The notes under the pieces are model-generated. The model did no database searches. It worked only from the letters and a program-made list of their open reading frames with translations, and was not told the origin of the DNA. A DNA stretch of 64,000 bases from the human T2T-CHM13v2.0 reference genome, Homo sapiens, in the NCBI RefSeq assembly GCF_009914755.1, contig NC_060941.1, one strand, 5' to 3'. Shown one piece after another: positions 38,901 through 51,334 of the stretch (its first letter is position 1; each line of letters opens with the position of its first letter). The translations under genes were made by a program, and so were the position numbers.

Positions 38901-41900
38901 TTCGTTGGAAACGGGAGAATCTTCACAGAAAAGCTAAACAGAAGCATTCTCAGAAACTTCTTTGTGATGCTTGCATTCAACTCACAGAGTTGAACTTTCC
39001 TTTCGAGAGAGAAGCTTTGAAACACTCTTTTTCCAGAATCTGCAAGTGGACATTTGGAGGGCTTTGAGGCCTGTGGTGGAAAAGGAATTATCTTCCCGTA
39101 AAAGCTAGATAGAAGCATTCTCAGAAACTACTTTGTGATGATTGCATTCAAGTCACAGAGTTGAACATTCCCTTTGACAGAGCAGTTTGGAAACTCTCTT
39201 TGTGTAGAATCTGCAAGTGGAGATATGGACCGCTTTGAGGCCTATGGTAGTAAAGGAAATAGCTTCATATAAAAGCTAGACAGTAGCATTCACAGAAAAC
39301 TCTTGGTGACGACTGAGTTTAACTCACAGAGCTGAACATTCCTTTGGATGGAGCAGTTTCGAAACACACTATTTGTAGAATGTGCAAGTGGATATGTGGG
39401 CCTCTCTGAGGATTTCGTTGGAAACGGGATAAACCGCACAGAACTAAACAGAAGCATTCTCAGAACCTTCTTCGTGATGTTTGCATTCAACTCACAGTGT
39501 TGAACCTTTCTTTGATAGTTCAGGTTTGAAACGGTCTTTCTGTAGAAACTGCAAGTAGATATTTGGACCTCTCTGAGGATTTCGTTGGAAACGGGATAAA
39601 CCGCACAGAACTAAAACAGAAGCATTCTCAGAACCCTCTTCGTGATGTTTGCATTCAACTCACGGTGTTGAACCTTTCTTTGATAGTTCAGCTTTGAAAC
39701 ACTCTTTTTGTAGAAACTGCAAGTGGATATTTGGTCCTCTCTGAGGATTTCGTTGGAAACGGGATAAACCGCACAGAACTAAACAGAAGCATTCTCAGAA
39801 CCTTCTTCGTGATGTCTGCATTCAACTCACAGTGTGGAACCTTTCTTTGATAGTTCAGGTTTGAAACACTCTTTTTGTAGTAACTGCAAGGGGATAATTG
39901 CACTTCTTTGAGGCCTACCGTAGTAAAGGAGATAACTTCCTATAAAAAGAAGACAGAAGCTTTCTCAGAAAATTCTTTGGGATGATTGAGTTGAGCAAAC
40001 AGAGCTGAACACTCCTTGCGATGTAGCAGTTTAGAAACACACTTTCTGCAGAATCTGCAAGTGCATATGTGGACCTCTCTGAGGAATTCGTTGGAAACGG
40101 GATAATTTCAGCTGACTAAACAGAAGCAGTCTCAGAATCTTCTTTGTGATGTTTGCATTCAAATCCCAGAGTTGAACTTTCCTTTCAAAGTTCACGTTTG
40201 AAACACTCTTTTTGCAGGATCTACAAGTGGATATTTGGACCACTCTGTGTCCTTCGTTCGAAACGGGTATATCTTCACATGACATCTAGACAGAAGCATT
40301 CTCAGAAGCTTCTCTGTGATGACTGCATTCAACTCACGGAGTTGAACACTCCTTTTGAGAGCGCAGTTTTGAAACTCTCTTTCTGTGGCATCTGCAAGGG
40401 GACATGTAGACCTCTTTGAAGATTTCGTTGGAAACGGAATCATCTTCACATCAAAACTATACAGATGCATTCTCAGGAACATTTTAGTGATGTTTGTATT
40501 CAACTCCCAGAGTTGAACTTTCCTTTGGAAAGAGCAGCTATGAAACACTCTTTTTCTAGAATCTGCAAGTGGACGTTTGGAGGGCTTTGTGGTTTGTGGT
40601 GGAAAAGGAAATATCTTCACCTAAATACTACATAGAAGCATTCTCAGAAACTGCTTTGTGATGATTGCATTCACCTCACAGAGTTGAACATTCCTATTGA
40701 TAGAGCAGTTTGGAAACACTCTTGTTGTGGAATGTGCAAGTGGAGATTTGGAGCGCTTTGAGGCCTATGGTCGTAAAGGGAATAGCTTCATAGAAAAACT
40801 AGACAGAAGCATTCTCAGAAAATACTTTGTGATGATTGAGTTGAACTCACAGAGCTGAACATTCCTTTGGATGGAGCAGGTTTGAGACACACTTTTTGTA
40901 GAATCTACAAGTGGATATTTGGACCTCTCTGAGGATTTCGTTGGAAACGGGATAACTGCACCTAACTAAACGGAAGCATTCTCAGAAACTTCTTGGTGAT
41001 GTTTGCATTCAAATCCCAGAGTTGAACCTTCCTTTGAGAGTTCAGGTTTGAAACACTCTTTTTGTAGGATCTGCAAGTGTATATTTGCACCACTCTGTGG
41101 CCTTCGTTCGAAACGGGTACATCTTCGCATAAAATCTAGACAGAAGCCTTCTCAGAAACTTCTCTGTGATGATTGCATTCAACTCATAGAGTTGAACCCT
41201 CCTATGCATAGAGCAGTGTTGAAACTCTCTTTTTGTGGAATCTGCAAGCGGATATGTCGACCTCTCCGAAGATGTCTTTGGAAACGGGAATATCTTCACA
41301 TAAAAACTAAACAGAAGCATTCTCAGAAACTTCTCTGTGATGTTTGTGTTCAACTCCCAGAGTTTCACATTGCTTCTCATAGAGTAGTTCTGAAACATGC
41401 TTTTCATAGTGTCTGCAAGTGGACATTTGGAGCGCTTTCAGGCCTGTGGTGGAAAACGAATTATGGTCACATAAAAACTGGAGAGAATCATTGTCAGAAA
41501 CTTCTTTGTGATGATTGCATTCAAGTCACAGAGTTGAAGGTTCCTTTTCAAAGAGCAGTTTCCAATCACTCTTTCTGTGGAATCTGCAAGTGGATATTTG
41601 GACCTCTTTGAAGATTTCGTTGGAAACGGGAGAATCTTCACAGAAAAGCTAAACAGAAGCATTCTCAGAAACTTCTTTGTGATGCTTGCATTCAACTCAC
41701 AGAGTTGAACTTTCCTTTCGAGAGAGAAGCTTTGAAACACTCTTTTTCCAGAATCTGCAAGTGGACATTTGGAGGGCTTTGAGGCCTGTGGTGGAAAAGG
41801 AATTATCTTCCCGTAAAAGCTAGATAGAAGCATTCTCAGAAACTACTTTGTGATGATTGCATTCAAGTCACAGAGTTGAACATTCCCTTTGACAGAGCAG

Positions 41901-44900
41901 TTTGGAAACTCTCTTTGTGTAGAATCTGCAAGTGGAGATATGGACCGCTTTGAGGCCTATGGTAGTAAAGGAAATAGCTTCATATAAAAGCTAGACAGTA
42001 GCATTCACAGAAAACTCTTGGTGACGACTGAGTTTAACTCACAGAGCTGAACATTCCTTTGGATGGAGCAGTTTCGAAACACACTATTTGTAGAATGTGC
42101 AAGTGGATATGTGGGCCTCTCTGAGGATTTCGTTGGAAACGGGATAAACCGCACAGAACTAAACAGAAGCATTCTCAGAACCTTCTTCGTGATGTTTGCA
42201 TTCAACTCACAGTGTTGAACCTTTCTTTGATAGTTCAGGTTTGAAACGGTCTTTCTGTAGAAACTGCAAGTAGATATTTGGACCTCTCTGAGGATTTCGT
42301 TGGAAACGGGATAAACCGCACAGAACTAAAACAGAAGCATTCTCAGAACCCTCTTCGTGATGTTTGCATTCAACTCACGGTGCTGAACCTTTCTTTGATA
42401 GTTCAGCTTTGAAACACTCTTTTTGTAGAAACTGCAAGTGGATATTTGGTCCTCTCTGAGGATTTCGTTGGAAACGGGATAAACCGCACAGAACTAAACA
42501 GAAGCATTCTCAGAACCTTCTTCGTGATGTCTGCATTCAACTCACAGTGTGGAACCTTTCTTTGATAGTTCAGGTTTGAAACACTCTTTTTGTAGAAACT
42601 GCAAGGGGATCATTGCACTTCTTTGAGGCCTACCGTAGTAAAGGAGATAACTTCCTATAAAAAGAAGACAGAAGCTTTCTCAGAAAATTCTTTGGGATGA
42701 TTGAGTTGAGCAAACAGAGCTGAACACTCCTTGCGATGTAGCAGTTTAGAAACACACTTTCTGCAGAATCTGCAAGTGCATATGTGGACCTCTCTGAGGA
42801 ATTCGTTGGAAACGGGATAATTTCAGCTGACTAAACAGAAGCAGTCTCAGAATCTTCTTTGTGATGTTTGCATTCAAATCCCAGAGTTGAACTTTCCTTT
42901 CCAAGTTCACGTTTGAAACACTCTTTTTGCAGGATCTACAAGTGGATGTTTGGACCACTCTGTGTCCTTCGTTCGAAACGGGTATATCTTCACATGACAT
43001 CTAGACAGAAGCATTCTCAGAAGCTTCTCTGTGATGACTGCATTCAACTCACGGAGTTGAACACTCCTTTTGAGAGCGCAGTTTTGAAACTCTCTTTCTG
43101 TGGCATCTGCAAGGGGACATGTAGACCTCTTTGAAGATTTCGTTGGAAACGGAATCATCTTCACATCAAAACTATACAGATGCATTCTCAGGAACTTTTT
43201 GGTGATGTTTGTATTCAACTCCCAGAGTTGAACTTTCCTTTGGAAAGAGCAGCTATGAAACACTCTTTTTCTAGAATCTGCAAGTGGACGTTTGGAGGGC
43301 TTTGTGGTTTGTGGTGGAAAAGGAAATATCTTCACCTAAATACTAGATAGAAGCATTCCCAGAAACTGCTTTGTGATGATTGCATTCACCTCACAGAGTT
43401 GAACATTCCTATTGATAGAGCAGTTTGGAAACACTCTTGTTGTGGAATGTGCAAGTGGAGATTTGGAGCGCTTTGAGGCCTATGGTAGTAAAGGGAATAG
43501 CTTCATAGAAAAACTAGACAGAAGCATTCTCAGAAAATACTTTGTGATGATTGAGTTGAACTCACAGAGCTGAACATTCCTTTGGATGGAGCAGGTTTGA
43601 GACACACTTTTTGTAGAATCTACAAGTGGATATTTGGACCTCTCTGAGGATTTCGTTGGAAACGGGATAACTGCACCTAACTAAACGGAAGCATTCTCAG
43701 AAACTTCTTGGTGATGTTTGCATTCAAATCCCAGAGTTGAACCTTCCTTTGATAGTTCAGGTTTGCAACACTCTTTTTGTAGGATCTGCAAGTGGATATT
43801 TGGACCACTCTGTGGCCTTCGTTCGAAACGGGTACATCTTCGCATAAAATCTAGACAGAAGCCTTCTCAGAAACTTCTCTGTGATGATTGCATTCAACTC
43901 ACAGAGTTGAACCCTCCTATGGATAGAGCAGTGTTGAAACTCTCTTTTTGTGGAATCTGCAAGCGGATATGTGGACCTCTCCGAAGATGTCTTTGGAAAC
44001 GGGAATATCTTCACATAAAAACTACACAGAAGCATTCTCAGAAACTTCTCTGTGATGTTTGTGTTCAACTCCCGGAGTTTCACATTGCTTCTCATAGAGT
44101 AGTTGTGAAACATGCTTTTCGTAGTGTCTGCAAGTGGACATTTGTAGCGTTTTCAGGCCTGTGGTGGAAAACGAATTATGGTCACATAAAAACTGGAGAG
44201 AAGCATTGTCAGAAACTTCTTTGTGATGATTGCATTCAAGTCACAGAGTTGAAGGTTCCTTTTCAAAGAGCAGTTTCCAATCACTCTTTCTGTGGAATCT
44301 GCAAGTGGATATTTGGACCTCTTTGAAGATTTCGTTGGAAACGGGAGAATCTTCACAGAAAAGCTAAACAGAAGCATTCTCAGAAACTTCTTTGTGATGC
44401 TTGCATTCAACTCACAGAGTTGAACTTTCCTTTCGAGAGAGAAGCTTTGAAACACTCTTTTTCCAGAATCTGCAAGTGGACATTTGGAGGGCTTTGAGGC
44501 CTATGGTGGAAAAGGAATTATCTTCCCGTAAAAGCTAGATAGAAGCATTCTCAGAAACTACTTTGTGATGATTGCATTCAAGTCACAGAGTTGAACATTC
44601 CCTTTGACAGAGCAGTTTGGAAACTCTCTTTGTGTAGAATCTGCAAGTGGAGATATGGACCGCTTTGAGGCCTATGGTAGTAAAGGAAATAGCTTCATAT
44701 AAAAGCTAGACAGTAGCATTCACAGAAAACTCTTGGTGACGACTGAGTTTAACTCACAGAGCTGAACATTCCTTTCAATGGAGCAGTTTCAAAACACACT
44801 ATTTGTAGAATGTGCAAGTGGATATGTGGGCCTCTCTGAGGATTTCGTTGGAAACGGGATAAACCGCACAGAACTAAACAGAAGCATTCTCAGAACCTTC

Positions 44901-47900
44901 TTCGTGATGTTTGCATTCAACTCACAGTGTTGAACCTTTCTTTGATAGTTCAGGTTTGAAACGGTCTTTCTGTAGAAACTGCAAGTAGATATTTGGACCT
45001 CTCTGAGGATTTCGTTGGAAACGGGATAAACCGCACAGAACTAAAACAGAAGCATTCTCAGAACCCTCTTCGTGATGTTTGCATTCAACTCACGGTGCTG
45101 AACCTTTCTTTGATAGTTCAGCTTTGAAACACTCTTTTTGTAGAAACTGCAAGTGGATATTTGGTCCTCTCTGAGGATTTCGTTGGAAACGGGATAAACC
45201 GCACAGAACTAAACAGAAGCATTCTCAGAACCTTCTTCGTGATGTCTGCATTCAACTCACAGTGTGGAACCTTTCTTTGATAGTTCAGGTTTGAAACACT
45301 CTTTTTGTAGAAACTGCAAGGGGATCATTGCACTTCTTTGAGGCCTACCGTAGTAAAGGAGATAACTTCCTATAAAAAGAAGACAGAAGCTTTCTCAGAA
45401 AATTCTTTGGGATGATTGAGTTGAGCAAACAGAGCTGAACACTTCTTGCGATGTAGCAGTTTAGAAACACACTTTCTGCCGAATCTGCAAGTGCATATGT
45501 GGACCTCTCTGAGGAATTCGTTGGAAACGGGATAATTTCAGCTGACTAAACAGAAGCAGTCCCAGAATCTTCTTTGTGATGTTTGCATTCAAATCCCAGA
45601 GTTGAACTTTCCTTTCCAAGTTCACGTTTGAAACACTCTTTTTGCAGGATCTACAAGTGGATATTTGGACCACTCTGTGTCCTTCGTTCGAAATGGGTAT
45701 ATCTTCACATGACATCTAGACTGAAGCATTCTCAGAAGCTTCTCTGTGATGACTGCATTCAGCTCACGGAGTTGAACACTCCTTTTGAGAGCGCAGTTTT
45801 GAAACTCTCTTTCTGTGGCATCTGCAAGGGGACATGTAGACCTCTTTGAAGATTTCGTTGGAAACGGAATCATCTTCACATAAAAACTATACAGATGCAT
45901 TCTCAGGAACTTTTTGGTGATGTTTGTATTCAACTCCCAGAGTTGAACTTTCCTTTGGAAAGAGCAGCTATGAAACACTCTTTTTCTAGAATCTGCAAGT
46001 GGACGTTTGGAGGGCTTTGTGGTTTGTGGTGGAAAAGGAAATATCTTCACCTAAATACTAGATAGAAGCATTCTCAGAAACTGCTTTGTGATTCTTGCAT
46101 TCACCTCACAGAGTTGAACATTCCTATTGATAGAGCAGTTTGGAAACACTCTTGTTGTGGAATGTGCAAGTGGAGATTTGGAGCGCTTTGAGGCCTATGG
46201 TAGTAAAGGGAATAGCTTCATAGAAAAACTAGACAGAAGCATTCTCAGAAAATACTTTGTGATGATTGAGTTGAACTCACAGAGCTGAACATTCCTTTGG
46301 ATGGAGCAGGTTTGAGACACACTTTTTGTAGAATCTACAAGTGGATATTTGGACCTCTCTGAGGATTTCGTTGGAAACGGGATAACTGCACCTAACTAAA
46401 CGGAAGCATTCTCAGAAACTTCTTGGTGATGTTTGCATTCAAATCCCAGAGTTGAACCTTCCTTTGATAGTTCAGGTTTGCAACACTCTTTTTGTAGGAT
46501 CTGCAAGTGGATATTTGGACCACTCTGTGGCCTTCGTTCGAAACCGGTACATCTTCGCATAAAATCTAGACAGAAGCCTTCTCAGAAACTTCTCTGTGAT
46601 GATTGCATTCAACTCACAGAGTTGAACCCTCCTATGGATAGAGCAGTGTTGAAACTCTCTTTTTGTGGAATATGCAAGCGGATATGTGGACCTCTCCGAA
46701 GATGTCTTTGGAAACGGGAATATCTTCACATAAAAACTACACAGAAGCATTCTCAGAAACTTCTCTGTGATGTTTGTGTTCAACTCCCGGAGTTTCACAT
46801 TGCTTCTCATAGAGTAGTTGTGAAACATGCTTTTCGTAGTGTCTGCAAGTGGACATTTGGAGCGTTTTCAGGCCTGTGGTGGAAAACGAATTATGGTCAC
46901 ATAAAAACTGGAGAGAAGCATTGTCAGAAACTTCTTTGTGATGATTGCATTCAAGTCACAGAGTTGAAGGTTCCTTTTCAAAGAGCAGTTTCCAATCACT
47001 CTTTCTGTGGAATCTGCAAGTGGATATTTGGACCTCTTTGAAGATTTCGTTGGAAACGGGAGAATCTTCACAGAAAAGCTAAACAGAAGCATTCTCAGAA
47101 ACTTCTTTGTGATGCTTGCATTCAACTCACAGAGTTGAACTTTCCTTTCGAGAGAGAAGCTTTGAAACACTCTTTTTCCAGAATCTGCAAGTGGACATTT
47201 GGAGGGCTTTGAGGCCTGTGGTGGAAAAGGAATTATCTTCCCGTAAAAGCTAGATAGAAGCATTCTCAGAAACTACTTTGTGATGATTGCATTCAAGTCA
47301 CAGAGTTGAACATTCCCTTTGACAGAGCAGTTTGGAAACTCTCTTTGTGTAGAATCTGCAAGTGGAGATATGGACCGCTTTGAGGCCTATGGTAGTAAAG
47401 GAAATAGCTTCATATAAAAGCTAGACAGTAGCATTCACAGAAAACTCTTGGTGACGACTGAGTTTAACTCACAGAGCTGAACATTCCTTTGGATGGAGCA
47501 GTTTCGAAACACACTATTTGTAGAATGTGCAAGTGGATATGTGGGCCTCTCTGAGGATTTCGTTGGAAACGGGATAAACCGCACAGAACTAAACAGAAGC
47601 ATTCTCAGAACCTTCTTCGTGATGTTTGCATTCAACTCACAGTGTTGAACCTTTCTTTGATAGTTCAGGTTTGAAACGGTCTTTCTGTAGAAACTGCAAG
47701 TAGATATTTGGACCTCTCTGAGGATTTCATTGGAAACGGGATAAAGCGCACAGAACTAAAACAGAAGCATTCTCAGAACCCTCTTCGTGATGTTTGCATT
47801 CAACTCACGGTGCTGAACCTTTCTTTGATAGTTCAGCTTTGAAACACTCTTTTTGTAGAAACTGCAAGTGGATATTTGGTCCTCTCTGAGGATTTCGTTG

Positions 47901-48954
47901 GAAACGGGATAAACCACACAGAACTAAACAGAAGCATTCTCAGAACCTTCTTCGTGATGTCTGCATTCAACTCACAGTGTGGAACCTTTCTTTGATAGTT
48001 CAGGTTTGAAACACTCTTTTTGTAGAAACTGCAAGGGGATCATTGCACTTCTTTGAGGCCTACCGTAGTAAAGGAGATAACTTCCTATAAAAAGAAGACA
48101 GAAGCTTTCTCAGAAAATTCTTTGGGATGATTGAGTTGAGCAAACAGAGCTGAACACTCCTTGCGATGTAGCAGTTTAGAAACACACTTTCTGCAGAATC
48201 TGCAAGTGCATATGTGGACCTCTCTGAGGAATTCGTTGGAAACGGGATAATTTCAGCTGACTAAACAGAAGCAGTCTCAGAATCTTCTTTGTGATGTTTG
48301 CATTCAAATCCCAGAGTTGAACTTTCCTTTCCAAGTTCACGTTTGAAACACTCTTTTTGCAGGATCTACAAGTGGATATTTGGACCACTCTGTGTCCTTC
48401 GTTCGAAACGGGTATATCTTCACATGACATCTAGACAGAAGCATTCTCAGAAGCTTCTCTGTGATGACTGCATTCAACTCACGGAGTTGAACACTCCTTT
48501 TGAGAGCGCAGTTTTGAAACTCTCTTTCTGTGGCATCTGCAAGGGGACATGTAGACCTCTTTGAAGATTTCGTTGGAAACGGAATCATCTTCACATAAAA
48601 ACTATACAGATGTATTCTCAGGAACTTTTTGGTGATGTTTGTATTCAACTCCCAGAGTTGAACTTTCCTTTGGAAAGAGCAGCTATGAAACACTCTTTTT
48701 CTAGAATCTGCAAGTGGACGTTTGGAGGGCTTTGTGGTTTGTGGTGTAAAAGGAAATATCTTCACCTAAATACTAGATAGAAGCATTCCCAGAAATTGCT
48801 TTGTCATGATTGCATTCACCTCACAGAGTTGAACATTCCTATTGATAGAGCAGTTTGGAAACACTCTTGTTGTGGAATGTGCAAGTGGAGATTTGGAGCG
48901 CTTTGAGGCCTATGATAGTAAAGGGAATAGCTTCATAGAAAAACTAGACAGAAG
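29950..48954 (+). repeat. Seven canonical 16-mer HOR copies (starts 29950, 32665, 35380, 38095, 40810, 43525, 46240)
   Basis: Anchors 30143 to 49148 show a 2715-bp period. Confidence 0.95.
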
Positions 48955-51334
48955 CATTCTCAGAAAATACTTTGTGATGATTGGGTTGAACTCACAGAGC
49001 TGAACATTCCTTTGGATGGAGCAGGTTTGAGACACACTTTTTGTAGAATCTACAAGTGGATATTTGGACCTCTCTGAGGATTTCGTTGGAAACGGGATAA
49101 CTGCACCTAACTAAACGGAAGCATTCTCAGAAACTTCTTGGTGATGTTTGCATTCAAATCCCAGAGTTGAACCTTCCTTTGATAGTTCAGGTTTGCAACA
49201 CTCTTTTTGTAGGATCTGCAAGTGGATATTTGGACCACTCTGTGGCCTTCGTTCGAAACAGGTACATCTTCACATAAAATCTAGACAGAAGCCTTCTCAG
49301 AAACTTCTCTGTGATGATTGCATTCAACTCACAGAGTTGAACCCTCCTATGGATAGAGCAGTGTTGAAACTCTCTTTTTGTGGAATCTGCAAGCGGATAT
49401 GTGGACCTCTCCGAAGATGTCTTTGGAAACGGGAATATCTTCACATAAAAACTAAACAGAAGCATTCTCAGAAACTTCTCTGTGATGTTTGTGTTCAACT
49501 CCCAGAGTTTCACATTGCTTCTCATAGAGTAGTTCTGAAACATGCTTTTCGTAGTGTCTGCAAGTGGACATTTGGAGCGCTTTCAGGCCTGTGGTGGAAA
49601 ACGAATTATGGTCACATAAAAACTGGAGAGAAGCATTGTCAGAAACTTCTTTGTGATGATTGCATTCAAGTCACAGAGTTGAAGGTTCCTTTTCAAACAG
49701 CAGTTTCCAATCACTCTTTCTGTGGAATCTGCAAGTGGATATTTGGACCTCTTTGAAGATTTCGTTGGAAACGGGAGAATCTTCACAGAAAAGCTAAACA
49801 GAAGCATTCTCAGAAACTTCTTTGTGATGCTTGCATTCAGCTCACAGAGTTGAACTTTCCTTTCGAGAGAGAAGCTTTGAAACACTCTTTTTCCAGAATC
49901 TGCAAGTGGACATTTGGAGGGCTTTGAGGCCTGTGGTGGAAAAGGAATTATCTTCCCGTAAAAGCTAGATAGAAGCATTCTCAGAAACTACTTTGTGATG
50001 ATTGCATTCAAGTCACAGAGTTGAACATTCCCTTTGACAGAGCAGTTTGGAAACTCTCTTTGTGTAGAATCTGCAAGTGGAGATATGGACCGCTTTGAGG
50101 CCTATGGTAGTAAAGGAAATAGCTTCATATAAAAGCTAGACAGTAGCATTCACAGAAAACTCTTGGTGACGACTGAGTTTAACTCACAGAGCTGAACATT
50201 CCTTTGGATGGAGCAGTTTCGAAACACACTATTTGTAGAATGTGCAAGTGGATATGTGGGCCTCTCTGAGGATTTCGTTGGAAACGGGATAAACCGCACA
50301 GAACTAAACAGAAGCATTCTCAGAACCTTCTTCGTGATGTCTGCATTCAACTCAAAGTGTGGAACCTTTCTTTGATAGTTCAGGTTTGAAACACTCTTTT
50401 TGTAGAAACTGCAAGGGGATCATTGCACTTCTTTGAGGCCTACTGTAGTAAAGGAGATAACTTCCTATAAAAAGAAGACAGAAGCTTTCTCAGAAAATTC
50501 TTTGGGATGATTGAGTTGAGCAAACAGAGCTGAACACTCCTCGCGATGTAGCAGTTTAGGAACACACTTTCTGCAGAATCTGCAAGTGCATATGTGGACC
50601 TCTCTGAGAAATTCGTTGGAAACGGGATAATTTCAGCTGACTAAACAGAAGCAGTCTCAGAATCTTCTTTGTGATGTTTGCATTCAAATCCCAGAGTTGA
50701 ACTTTCCTTTCAAAGTTCACGTTTGAAACACTGTTTTTGCAGGATCTACAAGTGGATATTTGGACCTCTCTGTGTCCTTCGTTCGAAACGGGTATATCTT
50801 CACATGACATCTAGACAGAAGCATTCTCAGAAGCTTCTCTGTGATGACTGCATTCAACTCACGGAGTTGAACACTCCTTTTGAGAGCGCAGTTTTGAAAC
50901 TCTCTTTCTGTGGCATCTGCAAGGGGACATGTAGACCTCTTTGAAGATTTCGTTGGAAACGGAATCATCTTCACATAAAAACTATACAGATGCATTCTCA
51001 GGAACTTTTTGGTGATGTTTGTGTTCAACTCCCAGAGTTGAACTTTCCTTTGGAAAGAGCAGCTATGAAACACTCTTTTTCTAGAATCTGCAAGTGGACG
51101 TTTGGAGGGCTTTGTGGTTTGTGGTGGAAAAGGAAATATCTTCACCTAAATACTAGATAGAAGCATTCTCAGAAACTGCTTTGTGATGATTGCATTCACC
51201 TCACAGAGTTGAACATTCCTATTGATAGAGCAGTTTGGAAACACTCTTGTTGTGGAATGTGCAAGTGGAGATTTGGAGCGCTTTGAGGCCTATGGTAGTA
51301 AAGGGAATAGCTTCATAGAAAAACTAGACAGAAG
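48955..51334 (+). repeat. 14-mer HOR structural variant (2380 bp; lacks 335 bp equivalent to m9+m10)
   Basis: Anchor spacing 49148 to 51528 is 2380. The m8 end (GATATGTGGGCC, about 50251-50262) is followed directly by the m11 signature (GATGTCTGC...GTGGAACC...GGGGATCATT) from 50341. Confidence 0.95.
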
